Of a stretch of 64,000 nucleotides of DNA, positions 58,180 to 64,000 are shown in pieces. A program made the position numbers and the translations under genes. Source of the stretch: a virus (Duplodnaviria > Heunggongvirae > Uroviricota > Caudoviricetes); the IMG/VR virus record IMGVR_UViG_3300013307_000015. One strand, given 5' to 3'. The number at the start of each line of letters is the position of its first letter. Position 1 is the stretch's first letter. The notes under the pieces are model-generated. The model was not told where the DNA came from and made no database searches. It saw only the letters and a program-made list of their open reading frames with translations.

Positions 58180-58701
58180 ATGTCTCGACTTTTCAGGCAA
58201 GCGCTGGAAGCTTACGATTCGTCCAATACGGGCGGGGAGGATGGTTCCGACAAGAAGGACCTGATCGTCATGAAGGGTCCGCTCTCGGAAGTGTTCACCG
58301 AAGCGCTCAACAAGGTGTACGCGAAACCCGAAGGCGGGATCGACGGAGCCGCGCTCGAATCGCAAGCCAACGACGCACTGATGATGCAGGCACTCGCGTC
58401 GGATTTCAACAACCCGCCTCAGGGTGACGACAGTGGCGGTCAGACCACCGTGTACGGCGTGTCGGCTGCGTCGGTCGACAACGACGACTTCGTCGACATC
58501 AGCAAGGAGTTCGAAGGTGACGACAAGCTGGTGCTGATCGTCGACGGTGTGCAGCCGGGTCCGAACAGCCCCGACGATTCGATTCCGGCTGAACGTGCGG
58601 AGCTGCTCACGAGCGCGCTGGAGTCGTTCGTCAAGGCCAACGGCGGCCAGGTCTTCCGCTCGCTGCAAGAGTACGCCGCAACACGCGTGAAAAAGGACTA
58701 A
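58180..58701 (+). CDS. Acidic head-associated protein with multiple ALE protease sites
   Basis: QALE|AY, AALE|SQ, SALE|SF; GGAG RBS. Confidence 0.65.
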   Translation: MSRLFRQALEAYDSSNTGGEDGSDKKDLIVMKGPLSEVFTEALNKVYAKPEGGIDGAALESQANDALMMQALASDFNNPPQGDDSGGQTTVYGVSAASVDNDDFVDISKEFEGDDKLVLIVDGVQPGPNSPDDSIPAERAELLTSALESFVKANGGQVFRSLQEYAATRVKKD

Positions 58702-58714
58702 GCTTCATGGTCCG

Positions 58715-58749
58715 GCTAGGGGGCTTCGGCTCCCTAGCTTTTTATGCCG
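58715..58749 (+). terminator. Intrinsic terminator followed by TATGCCG
   Basis: GCTAGGGGGC-TTCG-GCTCCCTAGC-TTTTTATGCCG. Confidence 0.85.
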
Positions 58750-58788
58750 TAATTTTGTGTGAGTATTCAAAATCAAGGTATCCTCAAA

Positions 58789-60021
58789 ATGAGCGGACTC
58801 ATCAAGGGCGTATTTCTGGAGGAGTGCGGTAAGCTTCCCATCGACGCCAATCTCATCAAGCGCCTGCGGGTCTACGAAAGCAGTTTTGTGGGACGCAACG
58901 CCGATCACATCGCCTTCTTTGGCGGCCACCTCTTAGGGGTGAATCCCGTCAAGTTTCTCCCGTCCGACCAGATGCGTTGGTTTGACGAGATCATCCGGGC
59001 TGATGAATTGGCACTGGAGCAAAAGCTGTTGGCACTGCCCACGGTGAACAAAGACTGGAAGGTGTCGAGCAACACGATGAACCTGTCGTGCGCATGGCTC
59101 ATCTACGCCATCCATGTCTCCAAGGCTTTGACACCGCAGCAAAAGCATCAGGGCATGATGGACGTGCTGCTGATCCTCCAGTACAAGTTCTTCACGTCGT
59201 TGCTTTTTCACTACTTCCGTTATCCCGCGAAACCGGAAGTAGCGGAAGCGACGTACGCAGCCTTGTCGGATAAGTTCACCATCAAGCAAGTCGGTACGTG
59301 GGGTGCACTCTTTAAGGATCGTGCAGAGACTATTCTCGCCAAGGACAGTCCGCACATGAAGAACGGCACCCTCCTGAACTTCGATGACGATGAAGGCGTC
59401 ATCTATTTTCTGAACGACGTGCAAGGTCGCATTCGCGACGTGATGAAAAACATCTACTCGGTGTACGATCGCGTGCACAATTCAGGCCAAGCCATCCAGA
59501 GTACTTCCGCTGTGACGGATCACGACGGTGAGAAGATCCTGAAGGACAAGAGCACCAACCTGAATTCGTACACCCGTTACCTGAACAGCGTGATCACCGA
59601 TCAGAACTCCTTCATTCGTGAGGAGCTGGTGCGTGTGATCTTGCAGTTGATGCACACGGCTCCGCCCAGTGTCTTTGAACAGACGCTTAAGTGGATGAGC
59701 CAACACTATCGTCAAAGCAATTACGGAATTATCGAGCAGGTCATCAACGAAACGCTCATCCATTCCTTCAGTTACTTCGACGAACATCGGGAGTATGTGC
59801 GCGGCAATCCCAACTTGACGACGTTACTTAGTCGCCTGAAGGGGGTCTACACTTCCAGTCGCTCCACGGATCCGGTTCTTATGAAGCTGCGTGAGAATGC
59901 GGAACATTTGGTTGAGATGGCAACAAAGAGCAAAAACGAGTCCACATTGGCGAGTGTGCGGACTGCGTTGCTGCTGTACTTGGTGGCCCGTGCTTTGACC
60001 ATGACCCATTACGCAGGTTAG
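58789..60021 (+). CDS. Conserved phiKZ-family hypothetical protein
   Basis: 410 aa, alpha-helical; 'HIAFFGGHLLGV', 'LKGVYTSSRSTD'. Confidence 0.75.
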   Translation: MSGLIKGVFLEECGKLPIDANLIKRLRVYESSFVGRNADHIAFFGGHLLGVNPVKFLPSDQMRWFDEIIRADELALEQKLLALPTVNKDWKVSSNTMNLSCAWLIYAIHVSKALTPQQKHQGMMDVLLILQYKFFTSLLFHYFRYPAKPEVAEATYAALSDKFTIKQVGTWGALFKDRAETILAKDSPHMKNGTLLNFDDDEGVIYFLNDVQGRIRDVMKNIYSVYDRVHNSGQAIQSTSAVTDHDGEKILKDKSTNLNSYTRYLNSVITDQNSFIREELVRVILQLMHTAPPSVFEQTLKWMSQHYRQSNYGIIEQVINETLIHSFSYFDEHREYVRGNPNLTTLLSRLKGVYTSSRSTDPVLMKLRENAEHLVEMATKSKNESTLASVRTALLLYLVARALTMTHYAG

Positions 60022-60082
60022 TAGGACCCTTAGGGAGGCTCTCGGCGGGATGGGAGCCTGTCGTTCTCAGGTGGTCTCTATC

Positions 60083-60496
60083 ATGTACTTCATCAGACGG
60101 TTGTTGTCTCGATGTTTCCTGTTTGTGGAGAAACGTTTAAAGGGAAACACGACGTTCAGAGACGTATCCAATCCTGAAGATAAAGATCTGGTTGGTACCC
60201 TAACGGGGTATTCCGTGACTGGATACCAGATACGCATCTACTGTAGCCGGCAACGACTCCAAAAAGTCCATGCCCGGTGGTATATCCCGACAACAAATAT
60301 CGACCTCTACCATGTCTACAGCGTGGTAAGTCAGGATGCGCCTCAGTCGCTTAAGGATGCATGCTCATTGGAGATTAGGATTCCATCTCCAGTTCCGGAA
60401 TTTTTGAGTACCGAATTCCAGAAAGACGCAGCCATCGAGTGCTATCTGGATCTGCTGATTCAGCGAATGAAACCAGAAGACCAGTTTAACAGCTAA
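60083..60496 (+). CDS. Hypothetical protein
   Basis: Start at MYFIRRLL (AGGTGG upstream); 137 aa. Confidence 0.6.
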   Translation: MYFIRRLLSRCFLFVEKRLKGNTTFRDVSNPEDKDLVGTLTGYSVTGYQIRIYCSRQRLQKVHARWYIPTTNIDLYHVYSVVSQDAPQSLKDACSLEIRIPSPVPEFLSTEFQKDAAIECYLDLLIQRMKPEDQFNS

Positions 60497-60506
60497 CGGT
60501 TTTTAA

Positions 60507-60537
60507 GGGGGAGGCTTTTGCCTCCCCCGTTATGTCG
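60507..60537. terminator. Hairpin followed by TATGTCG
   Basis: GGGGGAGGC-TTTT-GCCTCCCCC between convergent genes. Confidence 0.8.
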
Positions 60538-60906
60538 TCAACGCGATTGGTCTTGAATGCGCATCACGGTCTTTGGTGTGACTCTGATACCCATGAAGTT
60601 CAGTTGGGGAGCACCGACAATCTTCATCTCACACATCCGAACCACATCGTCGAGTGTCGCTTTGGGATTGAACCACACCGGATACTCGCCTTGCTTGACG
60701 AATCCTTCAAGAGCCAAGCGTTCGTCAAGTTTGCCATCGTAATCGACTTGATCGCGTTTGATTACAACCGGCAACAATCTGCGACGATGGATAAAGACTT
60801 CCTTGGGTGCAGCCACAACTCCGACAATAAATTGCCGGATAACACGTGTCTTGCCAATTCGACGTATCAGTTGTCGACGACGGCGAACATCAGAAGCTTT
60901 ACTCAT
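60538..60906 (-). CDS. Basic hypothetical protein
   Basis: 122 aa, GAGGT RBS, Arg-rich N-terminus. Confidence 0.65.
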   Translation of the reverse strand: MSKASDVRRRRQLIRRIGKTRVIRQFIVGVVAAPKEVFIHRRRLLPVVIKRDQVDYDGKLDERLALEGFVKQGEYPVWFNPKATLDDVVRMCEMKIVGAPQLNFMGIRVTPKTVMRIQDQSR

Positions 60907-61583
60907 GGGGCACCTCGCGATAGATTAGGTATAGCATCCTCAATCCTCTTGTTTTTCCAATCTTACAATTGTAAGCTATTTGTAAGGTTCGCGCGCGCCC
61001 TGATCCTCTCTTTCAAAACCAGTCTGCGCAAGCGACAAGCTAACAGTCTTCTACTGTGTTTGTGTGATTACTGTCGATTCCTCCTTCGGAGGAAATCTCC
61101 TTACAATCAAAGACAAAAAACTTTCTTTCATCAAATTTTTTTATGACGATATGCAATTTTTTGCACCCACCCCGATCCGAGCGAGCCAAAGGCAAAGCGA
61201 GGCACTTTTAGCGAAGCTTATGCTCCTGCATAAGCGAAGCGTTACCACCCTATCGAGTCCTCTAGAGGAGGACGAGATCTAATCCTTCTATAGCAGACGA
61301 GTCCTAACCTGTTAAGCCCGGCTCTTGTGGCCGGGCAGTTATGCCGTCACTATCTACACTACGCGCATACTGGCGAGTTGTTACTAAATGTAACAGAACT
61401 TGTTACCAGGAAAATTTCGGAAAAAGGTTCCCCCTAGCGGGAGTTCGTAGTTTGCGTATGTGCGGAAGGTAACATAGGGGAGTGTATTGAAAACCTATGT
61501 CCTTAAGGTATCGTACAGAGAGCAATACAAAACAACGATAATTTCAACTTCACTAATCTCTGATTAAGAAGAAAGGAAAAGCC
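60907..61583. other. Long non-coding region with multiple inverted repeats (regulatory / origin / ncRNA candidate)
   Basis: Largest gap in the window; AT-rich tracts, two GCGAAGC, several hairpins, and a hairpin+TATGCCG at 61316-61346. Confidence 0.5.
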
Positions 61584-62096
61584 GTGACCGAAGAACGAAT
61601 CAGGGACCGGATTGAATGGGTTCACGAGGGTCTTCTCGGATGGCTCAATTCGATTTATGGACTCCAAGGATTTCATGGCACACACGGTGCGTACCGGAAT
61701 TCGCAACCGAGTGCTCAGCAGGCATCCCGGCTGAGTCATCATTGGGTCGTATTGGGCGATCTTATTTGGGAAAGGGCCGAACTCTCGTTGCATCAATCTG
61801 CTCCCGAGGCCTTGTTTTGGACAAATGTCCGCGAGTTTCAGCGTGACATCATGACGTGGGTAAAGGTCTGGCAAGACTGCCATTACCTCGTACCCGGTAG
61901 TCAGTATCCTGTGCGGATGAGCAGTATCTTGAATTTGCTGATCAATCAGCTCCATGGCTACACGGGTAGTGTGGAGGTGGCGGTGGTTGATCCGAATGAC
62001 GAACTCATCCACATTTGGGTACGTTTGAAGAATTACCCGGATTCCTTCGCTTGCATGATTAGCTTGCCGAAGATCACAAGCCACTCCTTGTTTTAA
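61584..62096 (+). CDS. Hypothetical protein
   Basis: GTG start after AAGGA; 170 aa. Confidence 0.7.
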   Translation: MTEERIRDRIEWVHEGLLGWLNSIYGLQGFHGTHGAYRNSQPSAQQASRLSHHWVVLGDLIWERAELSLHQSAPEALFWTNVREFQRDIMTWVKVWQDCHYLVPGSQYPVRMSSILNLLINQLHGYTGSVEVAVVDPNDELIHIWVRLKNYPDSFACMISLPKITSHSLF

Positions 62097-62123
62097 CCAG
62101 TATCTATTCACGAGTACGGAAAA

Positions 62124-62783
62124 ATGTCGCAAAAGACCATTGCGCCCGAGCAAGAATTCACCTACCGCAGCAACGAGTACACCCCGCAGGCTCCGATTGC
62201 GGGCTTCGTGAACTTCCTCTCCAAGCAGTACTACAGCGAGCAGGACGAAGCGACGGTGGAAGTGATTCGTCGGGCCATGGGAGAATTCACCAACGACGCG
62301 CAGCTGAAGATGCGCATGTCGGTGTTCTCCAACAAGCAAGAAGGCGTGGGGCGCGTGCTGATGAACGAGCAGTACATCGCCAGCACGAATATCGGTGTGA
62401 AGATGTTCAGCGTCTCGCTGGTCTCGGGGGACGACATCCACTACCCGGATTTCCAGCCGATGAAGAAAGCGTCGCTGCATCCGGTCAAGCGGGCAGCCGA
62501 TCGTCAGTACCTGTGTCTGGGTAGCGACATGAATCACCCGCACATCCAGTTCACCTCGATCTACCACCAGTTGCAGAACCTGGTGTGTGGTCTGTCGGAC
62601 AAGCTCGGCTTTTACGTGAACTACAACAGCGCACGTGAAGAGTACTTCCTGCTGGGTCGTCCGCTCGATCAGATGCAGCATCAGTACGCCGACGGTGAAG
62701 CGAAACAAGACGATCGGTTCCAGGTACTGATCCGTCTGCACATTCCGAGCGCAGCCAAGCGTGAACTTGCCGCAGCTGCCTGA
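62124..62783 (+). CDS. Hypothetical protein
   Basis: 219 aa, biased codon usage. Confidence 0.75.
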   Translation: MSQKTIAPEQEFTYRSNEYTPQAPIAGFVNFLSKQYYSEQDEATVEVIRRAMGEFTNDAQLKMRMSVFSNKQEGVGRVLMNEQYIASTNIGVKMFSVSLVSGDDIHYPDFQPMKKASLHPVKRAADRQYLCLGSDMNHPHIQFTSIYHQLQNLVCGLSDKLGFYVNYNSAREEYFLLGRPLDQMQHQYADGEAKQDDRFQVLIRLHIPSAAKRELAAAA

Positions 62784-63357
62784 CGAGGACAAGATCACCG
62801 AGAAGCATATCCTCAAGAGCTTTGACTTCAGTGCCGAGATGATGAACGAGTGCCACCAGAAACTTTGGTGGCGTTACCGTCCTGACCAGTTCTTTCGTTT
62901 TTTTGCTGTTCGGGAACTGATTCGGGATTTGCAGTCAGACTTGGGCGTGGAGCCTCAGCACACGACGGTTCAGTTGCATGAGATGGTAGATGGTCAGCGT
63001 GAGATCTACACGTTGATTCATCGTAACGCCATGTACGTGAATGTCGGCTTGCAGGATAACTGGGCGATGGGGCATGAGGTCGATAAGAACAAGCTTGAGA
63101 AGTTCAAGAGCTTGGAAGTCGCTCTGAAGACCTTGCATCGTTACCGCATGAAAGCACAAGAGAAGGGGAACCTTCCGATCGAATTGGGATTGAGATCCTT
63201 GATGAAGTTCTTCTTGAATCTACCCGGCAATCCCTCGATCTGGTTGTTGCCTGATTCGAGCAAACTCTTGGCTGCTTCGGTGATCTGGAAAGAAACGGAC
63301 GACAGAGACTCGGTTACCTTGACGATCTTTGATCCCGTCCATCCGAGCTTCCAATAA
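62761..63357 (+). CDS. Hypothetical protein
   Basis: 198 aa; GTG start overlaps the upstream gene, exact start uncertain. Confidence 0.65.
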   Translation: MNLPQLPDEDKITEKHILKSFDFSAEMMNECHQKLWWRYRPDQFFRFFAVRELIRDLQSDLGVEPQHTTVQLHEMVDGQREIYTLIHRNAMYVNVGLQDNWAMGHEVDKNKLEKFKSLEVALKTLHRYRMKAQEKGNLPIELGLRSLMKFFLNLPGNPSIWLLPDSSKLLAASVIWKETDDRDSVTLTIFDPVHPSFQ

Positions 63358-63360
63358 GAA

Positions 63361-63404
63361 CATAGGGTCGATAGGGGCATAAAACCTCTATCGGCTTTAT
63401 GCCG
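63361..63404 (+). terminator. Hairpin followed by TATGCCG
   Basis: GTCGATAGGGG-CATAAAA-CCTCTATCGGC-TTTATGCCG. Confidence 0.75.
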
Positions 63405-63422
63405 TTAAGAAACCGATTCTAG

Positions 63423-63451
63423 AAATTTTCAGTCACATATAACTTTCGCGA
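63423..63451 (+). promoter_or_regulatory. Putative phage early promoter (TCACATATAA)
   Basis: Third copy of the motif, just after a terminator and upstream of 63502. Confidence 0.55.
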
Positions 63452-63501
63452 CATTGGTTACCTAATCAATTAAATTCGAACAAACTAATGGAGTCTTAAG
63501 A

Positions 63502-63840
63502 ATGAATAACCAAGAGAAGTTCATGCAAGAAGTCCAAGCGTTCATTCAGATGAATCCCAAACAGCGCCAGATCGAGCAATTGACGATGCGGCAGCGGGAG
63601 ATTGGTCCGGATGAGTGCCTGCGACTCATGGATCTTTACCGGTTCTATACGAAGATGATCGATCAGGAGCTAGTCAAGGTGGTTGAGCAATACGCTCGTG
63701 ACGAACTCACTCAACAACAGTTCCGCGAGATCATGCGTTTTGTCGGACGTAAGTTATACGAGCCGTTTATCTTCGATCAAGTCGAAGAACTGGAATGGCG
63801 GTACAACTGCCTGAAAGAACGCGCAATTCCGATTCGTTAA
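63502..63840 (+). CDS. Hypothetical protein
   Basis: GGAG RBS; 112 aa, helical. Confidence 0.75.
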   Translation: MNNQEKFMQEVQAFIQMNPKQRQIEQLTMRQREIGPDECLRLMDLYRFYTKMIDQELVKVVEQYARDELTQQQFREIMRFVGRKLYEPFIFDQVEELEWRYNCLKERAIPIR

Positions 63841-63853
63841 TGGAGAGAACAAG

Positions 63854-64000
63854 ATGAAAGAAGTGCAACAATTGCAACCGCTCATCCCGATGCGCAAGAG
63901 CTTGACCACGCTTCGTCCGTTGAAGGGCGATGCGCCGATGATTGACTTCTCAGCGATCATCTCGAAGTACCGGCCGGAACCGATGTGGCGCAAGTGGGCG
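63854..64000 (+). CDS. Hypothetical protein (partial, runs off window end)
   Basis: GGAGAG RBS, then MKEVQQLQPLIPMRKS... open to the window end. Confidence 0.6.
   Translation, partial: MKEVQQLQPLIPMRKSLTTLRPLKGDAPMIDFSAIISKYRPEPMWRKWA

Noticed and set aside
60532-61282. ORFs 60532-61146 (+) and 61064-61282 (+)
   Set aside because: They have no RBS and atypical composition; the first overlaps the better-supported minus-strand gene 60538-60906.
5391-63404. GGCATA/TATGCC hairpins as CRISPR repeats, REP/MITE elements or att sites
   Set aside because: They are dispersed singly, most stems differ in sequence, and there are no spacers, target duplications, cas or transposase genes.
1-64000. Stop-codon reassignment
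   Set aside because: TAA, TGA and TAG all end well-formed genes, and coding density is high under the standard code.

Overview
This window is part of a jumbo bacteriophage genome of the phiKZ-related type (Chimalliviridae-like). It is densely coding and fairly GC-rich. It carries tail-fibre genes with a partial gp38-type adhesin, RNase H, a candidate spanin pair, a baseplate spike, SbcC, UvsX/RecA, three virion RNA polymerase subunits (beta, beta C-terminal fragment, beta'), a 2416-aa tail lytic transglycosylase, prohead protease, tail sheath and tube, large terminase and many conserved or orphan hypothetical genes. No tRNA, rRNA, CRISPR array, integrase, intron or intein was seen. phiKZ gp numbers come from recalled motifs and gene order, not from a search. 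The most notable unexplained signals are: (1) about 12 intergenic hairpins followed, in the direction of transcription, by TATGCC(G), mostly on both sides at convergent gene pairs and on one side at tandem junctions; (2) a PanD-like pyruvoyl decarboxylase with a rebuilt substrate pocket, inserted right after sbcC; (3) a NADAR-like gene; (4) a TCACATATMA promoter-like motif found three times; (5) a structured 680-bp non-coding region with GCGAAGC mini-hairpins.
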